Below, piece after piece: positions 34,740 to 47,156 of a stretch of 64,000 nt of DNA. Source of the DNA: Macrostomum lignano (taxonomy: Eukaryota); contig NIVC01001992.1 in assembly GCA_002269645.1 (NCBI GenBank), positions 62,001 to 126,000 of the forward strand, written 5' to 3'. Below the pieces are notes generated by a model. That model was given only the letters and a program-made list of their open reading frames with translations, ran no database searches and was not told the origin of the DNA. Made by a program: the position numbers and the translations under genes. Positions within the stretch are counted from its first letter, which is position 1, and every line of letters begins with the position of its first letter.

Positions 34740-37483
34740 TAGAATAAGTTAGATGAGGCACTGAAAAGCCAAAAAACAACTTGCATGTAATTTTTTGGTT
34801 AAAGTAGAAATTAAAGAAAGTTAAAATCAGTATTATAGAATAATTTTGCTTATACAACTATGACTGATGATATAGTAGCTTTTAAAATGAGTATTGCTAA
34901 CATAAGCAATAAAAAGAACAAAAAGATTTGTTTTTATCTTTTGAATACATACAAATGGGACTAATAGACACTATGCCTATGAAAGTATTTAGGCCTTTGA
35001 AGTCTTATTTTTATATTGATAGTAGTGAAAAAATTGCAATTTTTAGCCATTTTTTGCACTTTTAGGTAGGAAGACAACTAAGACTTAAACATTCTCTGTA
35101 AAGAGCTTAGGATGGGTGCAAAATTTGGTGCCATTTGGTTGAGTGGTAGTGGTTTAGGAGTCCATAGCAAACAAATTGTATATAGACCCACATAGACATA
35201 CTTAATATTTTTAGTGGAATATTTTTAATTAAATTAATTTAATAATAAATTAATAAATTAATTTTTAATTTAATTAAATTTTTTTATAAACTAACATTCC
35301 TAATTTAGTAAGTAAAATGTTTTTTAATAATCACTTTTTAATTTCTTACTTTTAGAAATTTTTTTAATTAGAGATGTTTTAACTACAAAGTTTTGCAAAC
35401 AGATATTTACATTTTTCTAGCATACTATGTAATAGATTTGAGAGTGTAGCTATAGGTCATTCCATGAGAGGGTCCCATCATGTTTTTGAACATCAAATTT
35501 TCGAGTTTCAAAAAGTAGTCTGTATTATGGTTCAAAAGTCTCTTGTGAAATGACCTCTAGTAGATAAATAAATATAAATACTTTCAATTTCCAACTTTTT
35601 GAAACTTTTGCTAGACACTCAGGGGATATCCAAAATTAAATATAGATAGATAATGTTAGTTTCTGTGAAAAATCTTTTTACCTTAAAACTTTCTATGCAC
35701 CAGTTGTTAGCTATTAACATCTTGGTTAGAGGGCCTTCCAAGGTCCAATAATTATCTATCTACTCTTAAAAAGACCCAATATATCAATATCTATGAAAAA
35801 TATATAGTTTAATTATCTTTTAGACTCCAAGGTCTAGATTGTATAATAGTGTATGTCAGAACAAGAATCTTATTATAGCTAAATATACATTAGTATATGC
35901 CAAAAATAGAAAATTTACATAAATTGTATGACAAAAATTTCTCCTAAAGTCATTCAGTTTTTACAAGTTGATTGTGTAGAGTTTTCAAAACAATTTTTTA
36001 TAAGAAAACCTCTTTATAATATAACAAATATGTTCATTTAAATAAAAAAAATATACATCTAAGAAAATGATGCATAGGCCTAATTTAAGTTTTTAGCTAG
36101 AAGGAATTTTCTTTTTTTTACATAAACAGATTTATTAACGTTGAATTTTTATACTTGGCATGAATTTGTTAACAAAAATCCATATACTAAAAATGGTATG
36201 TCTGTGTCTATATGATCAATTAGAGAAAAATAGCTAGACTGATTTTCTTTGAACTTACACTGTTCTTGGACTGTTATTTGTTATAATTAAAAACTTTTAA
36301 AATTCAACTTTAAATTTTATCATGAACATATAAGCCTACCATTGCTCAAAGTTTAAATTTTATAATTTAGTATATTTATTTGCTTTTTAACTCTGTTTTA
36401 GGATACAACAACAATAAGGAATAAAATTGCTTTAGCACATGGTACATAGGCCTAAAAGAAAAAAATGGTTAAATTTTTTCAGTGCATATAGGACAGTACA
36501 CCTTCCTAACTATATGGTGTCTACTAACAAATTTACTATTTCTTAGGGAAAATTCTGGCTTCTAGTCAATCTACTACAAGACAATCCAGTGACAGACAAT
36601 TTGGCAATAGTCAAAGTGGTAACAAATGATCTAGCAACAGATTTTGATTTATAGATTTTATATGAAATTTAGATACAAATGAAACTTTATATGATTGTTT
36701 GTCGCTGGATCATTCTATTGCCAGATTGACTGGATATTAAAATTCTCATGTGCAACAAGGTCCTAGAGAGTCCAATACTATATGCATAGTATATATCAAA
36801 GATAAGGCAATTTTTTTACTTAGGATGATGCATTGATCCATATCATTGGTGATGATATGGCAAGGTGGTTGGCTTTAGCTACATATAGGTGGGTTTATAC
36901 ATGTAGACTAACTAAAAATGAAGCTCAAATTTGAAATTAGCACCATTGAAAAACCCTATCATGGACAAAATTATAAGTCTATAACCTTATCAAAACTGAA
37001 ACTATTCTACACCTATCTCCTTAAAGTTAAAGAAGGTCCCATACTGTAGGTCTACTGCCATGCCCATAGCCATAGCGACATAGGGCCTAGCCTAGCCATG
37101 GGATGGCATAGGCCTATCATTTCACAATCTGCTTCTGCTATAATATGAAAATCAATTAAATGAACAATAATAATTATTTATAATCAAAGCCAGTTTAATC
37201 CCCTTTGAACTAGAATACAGTAGATCATATATCCACAGTAGATTATATCATATCCTAACATCAAGTGTAGGCAAGCACAAGGCCCTAGGCTTGGCAAAGG
37301 CCGCAGCAAAGCTCAGCTTTCATAGCTTAATGACAATTTAGCCTACGTTCAAGGCCCTAAGCTGAAGCAATCAAGTTAAATCATTAACCGTAGGCCTAGC
37401 TGAATTCAATTTCGAGGACATGACATCGGGATTCGGAATTGGCCGTTGAACTAGGACTTCGTTGTGACGAGTGCCGCGCGAGG

Positions 37484-40329
37484 GGTCCCTGGACATTTCG
37501 GTGACAAGACGTTTCGGTGACAACCTTTTCGGTGACACTTCAGGACGTTTCGGTGACAAATTTGGACAATTCGGTGACACGTTTTAAAAATGAAAGTTTA
37601 TTAGTGTGAAAGAGAATATACTCATGAACAACAGTTAATACTTAAAACTCGTCATATTTTATTGATTTGCGGTGATTTCATCACTGACTTTGTTATATCC
37701 CTATACTGAAATTAAATTATTTCATTTTTTTATGAAAGTATTAGAGCTGAGTAAGATCGTATTGACCTATTGCATACTTTACCTGTTTCAGATGTCCTTG
37801 ATCACGTAGAAAGCCATGAATCGAGTAAAGTTGCACAAATGGCCGTCGGACAATTGAAAACGTACCGTCCATGAACAACTCGTGGGCACTACTGATCAGT
37901 AGTGTCAATTGATTATTAGTAGCAAATACTAAGTGCCGTCTTCCTCCAACCTGGACATCACTTCTGAGAAATCCATTGGGCAAGGCTTTCCAACTGCAGT
38001 TGGAAGTTTAAATCCCTATAGGCTCCTCTGGCCGTCCTCTTTCGCAAAACCGGTTTGCAGCTCTAATTAGATTTGTTGGATTCGGCAAGTTCGCTGCCGT
38101 GGAGGAAGTGAGTTCGCGCAGTATAGTCTATCATCATCTGTAAGCTGTGCCGCAGATTTAAAAACATCCGTTGAGGCAGCAAATTTTACGTCTCGATAAA
38201 TCTTCCGAGTAGCAGAAGCACCAAAGACGAGACGAGACGACGTGCATGGCTGTGCCCGCTTTTCCCATGCTTAAACTCTTCACCGGCACTGCGAATTAGA
38301 GTGCGCAACAAGGGGTATGATGACTGCGTTGAGTGCAACGATAGTGTTCACGAGCACCACGCTGACGATGAAGCCCATAGGAGTACCCATTCGACGATAT
38401 TACAAGAACGTTCCGTCGGCTGCCTCCGTCTTGCATGACTTCAAAAGTCTCTAACTCTCGACCTCCCTGAACTATTGGCCTGGGTTCTGGGTCACTAACT
38501 GATTCATAGAGATCGTGAATCATCCCGCCATCATCAGCTACAACCTCCTCATCCAGCAGCGCTGTGAATATGCGTCTAGAATTCGAAGAACTAGCGCTCG
38601 AGTTTGCTAGAAGTTATATACTCGTATTAGCGCCTCGGATACCGAGTCCTTAAAGTCTGCATGCGCATTCATATTTCATACGCAATCAGTTGTTCTACTT
38701 TGAATGGCGTGGCAAAAACAAACATTATATCACCGTACGAGCGATGCTTCTTTGCTAGCAATGATTTTGCTTGAGAATGGTAGCAAACGCGCAACCAAAT
38801 CATTGGTGCTTGCCATTAGAATTAGCATTGTTAGTAAATGCAATGTAGATATTGAAATTCCAGTAAGCATAATTGGTTCACTTAACAAGCTTTACTGTTC
38901 TGCAACATGGAACCATCAAAGGTGCTAATATCGATCGAACAATGAAGAAAGATTAAATACTGGACTTGCCAATTTGCATGTACATGTAGCAACAAACGTT
39001 TAAGCAGGGATAAGTTGTCCATGCGTAAGCAAGTTCTGAAAAGCAAATTATACAATTTGCTACTTATCTTTGCTACTTATCTACTTATCTTTAGCTTAAT
39101 GTGGCCTCGCGTCCCTTCCCTCGTCTTTCCTTTGACTTTCCTGGTCACTCTGGTCAGCAATCAGGCAATTATCGGTTAACCGAAGTGCGGAGCGAATGTA
39201 TATGAAATTACTGTTAGTCTCTCATTTCTCTCTAAGCTCTAACGTGTGACCCTTTCCGAACTTTACCTTTCCCATTAGACACGTGTTTCGCAAATTTTAA
39301 CATCGCGCCATATACACTTATTTCCTTCCTATCGCCTTGTACCCATGCGTGCTGCATGTTATTCACACGTGTACAGTATTAAGCAACTTGCATCGATTCT
39401 CGCACAAACCAAAAAAGAGTAAAATTGGAGCAGCTACATCCCGCGGCCGGAGGAAAATAGCTGATCGGGGCCACTGGCGAGACTTGCCGCCATTGGCGGC
39501 AATTAACTCGATCCCTTGCATGGCGAGTGCCATATATACCACCAGCTTGGGGCCGACAGGAGGCGGCCGCCCCGGGGGACACAATCGTACATGGAAAAGC
39601 CGCTGCTTTGCTTTCAAAGCTCATGCCATATACATGTAAACCCGCCGTCGTCATAACGTGATCATAGTCATATAGTCATGATCATAGCATCATATCATCA
39701 TACTCGTAGTCATGTCATGAAGTCATAGTGATCATAGTCATAGATCGTCATACCAAACCCCCCGGCCTGTCCCCGCGAAATAGTCGGGGCCTTAACTTTT
39801 TAAATAGTTTTTTCCACCAAGTGTAACTGATCTTTCCAAAAGTCAAAACTCGAAGTCATTTCTCGCATGGTTCATATGTACATGTACATGTATACATGCA
39901 ATCTGTGAAACTGATGTTGATCGATTCAGAAGGCTGCCATTATACATGTAGCTGCCATAAAATTATTGAAGTTTGCGGTGTGCATCGAAACATTACATTA
40001 AATAACATTTGCAATAATTCAGGAGGTAATTACTGATATACATGTGTAGTCTCGGCCAACCTCTTTTATCTGAACAGGTGCAGAATGACCCTTTATTTAA
40101 GTGTATAGATATAACAGTCACACACAACAACAATAGTCAACGCACAACAATAAAATATGACGAGTTTTAACTATTAAACTCTTGTTCATGAGTATATTGT
40201 CTTACAGACTAATAAACTTTCATTTTTGAAGCGTGTCACCGAATTGTCTAAATTTGTCACCGAAACGTCCTAAAGTGTCACCGAAAAGGTTGTCACCGAA
40301 ACGTCTTGTCACCGAAATGTCCAGGGACC
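37484..40329. mobile_element. Mutator-like element (MULE) with long TIRs, internally deleted
   Basis: ~190-bp TIRs beginning GGTCCCTGGACATTTCGGTGACAAGACG, with tandem TTTCGGTGACA motifs (37484-~37675 and ~40150-40329). TSD (C)GCGCGAGG at 37476-37483 and 40330-40337. Confidence 0.92.
37741..38523 (-). pseudogene. Frameshifted, truncated FLYWCH + MULE transposase
   Basis: SNGYSYGLHRQRGAREHYRCTQR...C (FLYWCH-like), then NPTNLIRAANRF...RPEEP, then LPNGFLRSDV...LFMDGTFSIVRRPFVQLYSIH (MULE DGTF motif). The segments are in different frames and the C-terminal DDE part is missing. Confidence 0.85.
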
Positions 40330-40796
40330 GCGCGAGGAGAGCTACTACTACACTACTACAACAACAGTATTGTCGCGCATGCTGCTTCCAGTAAAAAAAT
40401 TTTGAACTGACAGCTGATTAGTTTTAGGTTTTTAAACACCTATTACTAATGCTAAATTAACGTATAATACGAGCAATTGCTCCATGTAAATTTAAAACTT
40501 CATCATTTACTTTTTTACTGAATTTGTTTTAATAGTTGCTGCAAACTCTAAAGTTTAAAACAAACACACACACAACTTAAGGTCTTCCTAAAACACATTT
40601 TTCTCTTAGGCCTACTATAAATTGAAATATAGATCGCGCGTAGTGAGTGTACGTTTCGTTGTTATGTTAAAATATTAATTCACAAACTTAATTTTCAATT
40701 AGTTACAGAGCCGGACTCTAATAAAAAAGGAAATTTGTTTCTTTATAAGTTTCTTTATAAACCCACTATACTTTCGATGGTATTCGTGTATTCCTA

Positions 40797-41058
40797 GAGG
40801 CTTTTCATATTACCAATTCCAGAATCAGAATCGGTTCGGATCTTCCAAGAAAAACAGCAGTATAACTAATCAATTCTGTTGAATTTTTGACTGCCTTAAC
40901 AACCTCACTTAGCACATTTTTCACTTTCTTCTTGGTGATTGTCATTCAATAATAAAAACTTTATAGCATGTATCTCCCTCTAGTTATGGAGACAAAAAGT
41001 TATACTTCACAAATTGGTTCTGGTTCTGGAACCAGAACAAGCAATATGAAAAGGCCCC
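40797..41058. mobile_element. Short MITE, possibly PIF/Harbinger-like
   Basis: Inverted termini GAGGCTTTTCATATT / AATATGAAAAGGCCCC flanked by (C)TA / TAA. Internal CAGAA(T/C)C subterminal repeats. Confidence 0.5.
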
Positions 41059-42978
41059 TAATCTCTAGATTTCCTATGCCCCATCAATTATTTGACGGCC
41101 AGATCCCATAGCAGGACAAGGCTGTTCTAAATCTCTACAGGACTCAGGAGGTACAATGGTTGTGTGCGCTGCTGATCGGCCTTTTATTGGCTTAAATGTG
41201 CAAAAAAAGCTTTAAAATAATTTAGAGCAAGAGCAGGGGACTGAAAGATTACCATGGACTGTTAGGCGTACCTGTTATTATTAGCTTAGCCTATGGTTAT
41301 CCTCTGTTTTTGTGGATAAATTGTCTGCCTAGATTTGCCTGCAGGAGATTTGCCCATTAAATTTTTTCTGCTAAGCTTTTCCTGCCAAGATTTTCCTGCA
41401 GTGAATTTTCCCATGAGCAAATGCCCATGGTCATGGAAATTTATCTACTGAGAATTATTGCTTGCTAAGATTTGCCTTTAATGCTTTTTTCCTGTGGTGC
41501 ATTTAGCTATATGGCAGATTTTGTCTGCATTGCCTTCCTAATGCTTAGGCCTAGTGAGTTTTAATAAAGTCAAAGAGATTTAACTCATTTAAGGCCTACC
41601 CAATCAAAAAATTTTGATAATAATTGCATATCAAATCAAATGCATATTTTTTCACTATAGGCCTACTTGGAAACATGGCTGCCATGTCTAGGCCTATAAT
41701 CCAAAAGCTTATAAAAATAGTGGCAATGTCTGTAATGGTGATTAGGTCTATATTTATAGATATGGCTAGGCTACTATGTCTATTATAATATTGAATTCTG
41801 GTTGTTTTGCCCCTAAACTATTTTGGCCATGGTCCATGGACATTTTGCCCCTAGGCATATTGCATATACCATTTCACCCATTAGTAAAGTATCAATTCAT
41901 TATAGTTGTCAGATAGACTACAAAAAAAGCTTTTGAATGACTCCAGCATAAAGATAGAAGATTAAGACTGATAGAAGCTATAGCAATTTTTAGACACCAT
42001 AAACATCCAGACTCCAGAGTGGTACTTTAGAAGACCCATTTTTATGAAAATAAAAATAATGGTCAACAATTTGCATACTACTTATAGTAGGAAGTAGAGA
42101 TGGCCCAAAATTGATTTTTGCTGCCACCTGAAACCCATAGTCAGGAAGGTGGCAAGTGCAGGTGGGAATCAATTTATGGAAAAATCCTTGGTATACGCCA
42201 ATGTACGCCAATTTTTTAAAACCCTTAACATGACATTTCTGTTGCACGCCAAAAATCTTGAATACCAAAAATCATATACGTCAAAAATTGTGTATACCGT
42301 ATTAGATACTATTTTTAAATAAATTTTCTACTTACGTTAAACAAAGTTTATATAAAATAAGGAAATTCGCTACAAAGAACATAGTGAGTATCAAAAACTT
42401 TTTCTTCACATTTCAAGAAACAAATAAACTAAAAGTCTACAAGAGTCACAAAATAAGAGCGTTTAAAAGTTATTGGATATTTTAATTTTAATGTAGGCTG
42501 TAGAGTGTAGGCCTGGCTGTAGGCTAGGCTATAGCCTCAACTAGTTGGTTTAATCAATATTCAAATTCAATTATTCATGTTTAACTTTATATATTGTATA
42601 TATATAGTGTATACATTTATATCTGACTTGTTGATATACTGTCAGTTTGTAATTGCATGCCAAGGTTACACGCCAAGTAAAAAACTTGTATGCTAAAAAT
42701 TTAGGCGTGGCTTGAGACCCCTATTTGCACGCCAACTTTGCACGCCAAAATTTTAGCGTGGCTTGTGCACGCGGGAAAATTCCCGCATGCAGGCCACCTT
42801 CCTGAGTATGGCCCGAAACCTGAAATCGAAATTTGATATAAACCCCGAAACCCAAAAGTGACCCAAAATTTTAAAGCCAACAAAGCAATCAAGCATATAA
42901 TAGGTAATTAAGATACAGCTTATATTTCATTCATATTCATTCAAAATATTCAAGAATGTCATGACTACTTAAGCATAA

Positions 42979-45900
42979 TTAGAGATTAAAGTTCAGATTA
43001 GCTTCAATGAACAACAGCTGTTGTGCAGTTTCAGCTGAGAGCCGATTCCTCTTCTTGGTCACAACTAGTCCCTCAGCACTGAAGAGACATTCTGAATCTG
43101 CGCTCGAGGCAGGCACAACCAGAATGTGCCTGGTAAGCATTGCCAGTTGAGCATACTTGTGCCTATTGTCTGCCCACCAACGCATTGTGGCAGCTGTTTG
43201 CTGACTAGTTTTACCAGGTCGCGGAAGCACTGGTTCCTGCAGATAAGCAGGCACCAGAGTCTCCACTGAAATTGGCTTTGCAGTGGTAGTCCACAAGTCC
43301 AGAGCCTCCAAGTCGTTAAGAACAACTGGAGCACAGTCGGTGCCGTTGCCACATGGAGCAGGCAGGTCAGTCTGAGCAACTGTCAGTTTTTTCAGAATGG
43401 CTTGCGCTTGGTTCAGTGCTACTGCATCACTACGAAAGCCCACATCTTGATAATGTGGGTCCAGCAATGTAGCAACTACAAACAACTCATCAGTCAAGTT
43501 CAGGATATTAGAAAAGCGATGCTTGACAGATGCCAGCAGATCTCTAGCCAGTGTCTAAACACCTTCAGCTGCTGGATCGCCATGTGTGGCACATTCCAGG
43601 AAAGCACAAAGTCCTCGGAGCTGTTGAGAAGAGAAGATAAATATAAAAATTAAATTTAAACAAATATATCAATAATAGTACGGTAAAGTTAATTAATTTT
43701 CGTATCATACAAGATGTCAATACTCATTAAAAAAGTATATAAAAGAGTATTCAGCATTTAAATTATTTAGGGGTGGTGCTTGCTATTGTACTTGCTATTG
43801 TATGATATTGATACTTGTTGGCACTTACTTTTGGTAGCACAGTGCTGATCAGTCCTCCACCAGAAAGGCTCTGACCAAAATCCCGAAATGGCTTCAGAAC
43901 ATAGATGAGTGGGTTGAGCAGATTCCATTCATTCACTGACAGGGAGCCTGCTTGGATGTTGTACTTTGCGCAGTACAGACACACAACAGCAGCCTGGAAA
44001 TAGCATAAAATTCGCAAATTATCACTACTTTCTTAATTTTTCTGCTTATTTATAGCTAATTGACTGTTATTCATACATGCAGATATTTTGATTCCACTTT
44101 TATTGTGTCTATTTTTATCTACTCAATAATTTTATTCTTATAAGGGCTTGAATGGAAACAAAGAAACAGTGTTATTATTATTAGTAGTATAAATTTTAAA
44201 ATTAAATGACTTTGTGGTAAATACCTGATCACGAAAGGACCCAGCATGGCCAACTGTGAATCCCATTGTGTCCTTACATCCTGCATAAGGCCCTTGGTGG
44301 ATGTGGCATTTACTTCCTTGTAGCATTGTTCCCACTCACGATGTGCAAGTGTCATGAATTTTGGAAATGCAATCAAATAGAAATAGACTTTAATTCCTAT
44401 CTCAGCCACGCAAATTTTGGATTCTCAATCTCAATCTCAATGCCCATAATCAATCTTCCAAAAACCAACAAATCTTTTGCACAATAGTCTTGTAGTCTTA
44501 CCTCTAACTCTCGGCAGGAAACTTGCATGGCAGAGCCCTCATCAGTCACAACTGACTGGACCTTCTGGCTAATAGTGCTCAAATGTGTCTAGCACTGGAT
44601 GAAGAGCTTTAACAATGTTGCCACCTGTTGGAGCTCCTTCAATTGGAGTACTACACAATGTAGCTCGGCATAGCTTGAAGTCTTCTGTGAGCACTTGAGC
44701 AGTTAAACTCACTACAGACCACTTTCCTTGAATAGAGGTCCACTCATTGCTGGTGCATGCCACTGCAGTGCTCTCATCCAAAAGATTCTGTACCGATTGT
44801 TGCACATCGTTGTACAGTGCTGGTATGACAACCTCAGCAAAATGTTTGCGGCCAGGCAAAACATAGTTTGGTGCCAAGATTCTCATCAATTGTTGAAAGC
44901 CATTGTATTCAACCATGGAAAATGGTTGATGATCCACGGCTAGCATCTGGCCTGAGAAGAGACAAAAGAGCATATAGTTTAAATAATTGATCATATCACA
45001 TTGTCTCTTAACTTAAGCCCTGTTCCTGTTATGTGTATCGATATACTTCACCCATTCAAATCATTATTAATAGCTCTAAGCTCTTCAATTTGTCTGTCTG
45101 TTTACTCCTAAACTTTCTAGTTGCTTCTGGTCCTATACTGACAGTACTGTAGCTTTTCCAGCTTAACTATCTTAGACAATTTTACAGCACAGGGTAAGCA
45201 TGCATAGGCTATTTCCATGAGTGTGACGGTCGAAGGTTGGTACATTAATTTCACAAAAAATATATGAAAAAAAGGGTTTTGCAGCCTTTTTTTCATCAAA
45301 AAATAATAACCAACTAGATCTTTTGAACTTGTTTAACTTGTGACACAGAAGTTTTGGATTCTCAATTAATTCAGCTTATTGTGCATGTGACGGTCAAAGT
45401 TGAAAAACTCAAAGGTAAAGGGGAGTGAATTGTTTTTTTGTGTTTTCTTTGGTCTTTGTGATCTTAGAGCTATAAAAATCAATACACAAACTGAAAATTA
45501 GCCATACTTAGTAATATAAAATATTAAACGCATAAAAACAAGCAGAAAAAAGTTTTGACACTTTTCTCTTGTGATGGTCAAAGTGTGACGGTCAAAGGTA
45601 CCAACTGTGAAAATTTTATTTTCAACTCTGGTAAGGAAATATAAGTGTAGGACTAATAAATACTTTTACAGTAACCTTTTTCATGATAAATAACTAATTG
45701 AATAAATCATATCAGAGATGGGGGTTATGGTTGGAGCTTTAGATGGAAGGCAGCTGGAAAATGACCCCAGCATCTTACTTAATCATCTTACTTACTTACT
45801 TAGACAACTTACTCAATTTTTGTGTGATGGTCGAAGGCAACTTTGCTGTGTTTTATCTATTGATTAACAATATATATACCAATGAAATTTTATAACATTA

Positions 45901-46790
45901 AAGTGCACTTTAAGAACTACATTTTCAAAGCAACTCTAGGCTGCATATAAGCTTTATCAACAATTAAAATAACTTTTTTGTTTTATTTTGTGACGGTCGA
46001 AGTTGCCAAGGTAGTATAAAACTTATTGCCTATTTTTACTATCTTCCTAATATATTCTTAAGTCTATTTTCTTAAAGAACATAGGTAGATACTTTATCAA
46101 ATAAAAACATAATTTATGTTATACAAATGTTTTGAATGAAATATTTTATTAAGTAGGAAAAAGACAAAGTCAATTGTGTTTGTCACGGGCCACATGAGGT
46201 ACAAAGAGACTAAAGCTTTATTTAAATAATGTGTGCAATAAAATTGATATTAGCCAATAAAAACTAAAAATATATATACTTGTGCATTCAAAAACAAAAA
46301 ATGAAGAAAATGTTACAATAAAAAAATGAACCCATGTGTGACACACTCGTGGAATGAGCCCATATAAGTTAAAGTTAAACTTAAAACAAAGCACAGAAAG
46401 GCAAACTTACCTATAGCCTTAGTGATCTCTTGAGCCTTTGGGTGCGAGGCATCCCACAAAAGGTTTTGTTTACGAAATTCTTCTAAAGTTGGCTATACCA
46501 TGGCAAGGCGCACCTTCTTTGATGCAGGAAGATATTCCTCATCTTCTTTCCTAGCATCAGCAGCCCTTTTCTTTTGCTGCTGCACCTTGTTATCTAGCTT
46601 TTCACGCTCAATATGCTGCTCTTTGTGATAATTTTTTAGATGCAGTAGCATACCACTGTTCGATGGCTTGTTTTTATCTTTGCCACGAGACAGTCTTGCT
46701 ACATGATTTGCAAGTGGCAGTCAGAAAGTCTTGGGAAATTGTAAAATAGTCCCTAATTGCTGCACCTGTCCAAGATGCCATTTCACACCA
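42979..46790 (-). pseudogene. Intron-containing hAT (zf-BED/Ac-type) transposase pseudogene
   Basis: BED-like WSHF...ATCKSC exon (~46790-46411, G|gtaag) splices to 44951 (GQMLAVDHQPFSMVE...TSNEWTS). Further motifs: VVTDEGSAM, DVRTQWDS, LLDPHY, and the hATC dimerisation domain WWADNRHKYAQLA...PASSADSECLFS...RNRLSAET. In-frame stops, frameshifts and a D-to-N change at the first catalytic Asp. Confidence 0.9.
45206..46361. mobile_element. Non-autonomous TIR element nested in transposase intron 1
   Basis: Degenerate TIRs AGGCTATTTCCATGAGTGTG and CACACTCGTGGAATGAGCCC, flanked by AT. Dispersed GTGACGGTC(G/A)AAG motifs inside. Superfamily uncertain. Confidence 0.6.
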
Positions 46791-47073
46791 CAAATTAGGT
46801 TACTATTTCAAAATTTCAATTAGGATTTTGCAACTCGTATTAGTAGGTGTTAGGAAAACCAGATGGTGTTTCAAGTTAACTATGAGCCTGTTATGTTGCC
46901 CTCTGGCTCTGAGTTTTTAATCAATATAAAGCTGTGCATAAGACTAGGCTTTCGGTGTTTGTGGGTTGCCAACTTGCGGTGGGGGTTTGGAGTCAAATAA
47001 TGAAAGGGGTGGGTGATCAGTGGACCCAACAAGTTTAGGTGGCAAGCCGTAAGGCAAACCTATAAAACTCCAT

Positions 47074-47076
<3 letters not shown>

Positions 47077-47152
<76 letters not shown>
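47077..47152. repeat. (GA)n microsatellite inside the hAT
   Basis: Direct read. Confidence 0.97.
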
Positions 47153-47156
<4 letters not shown>

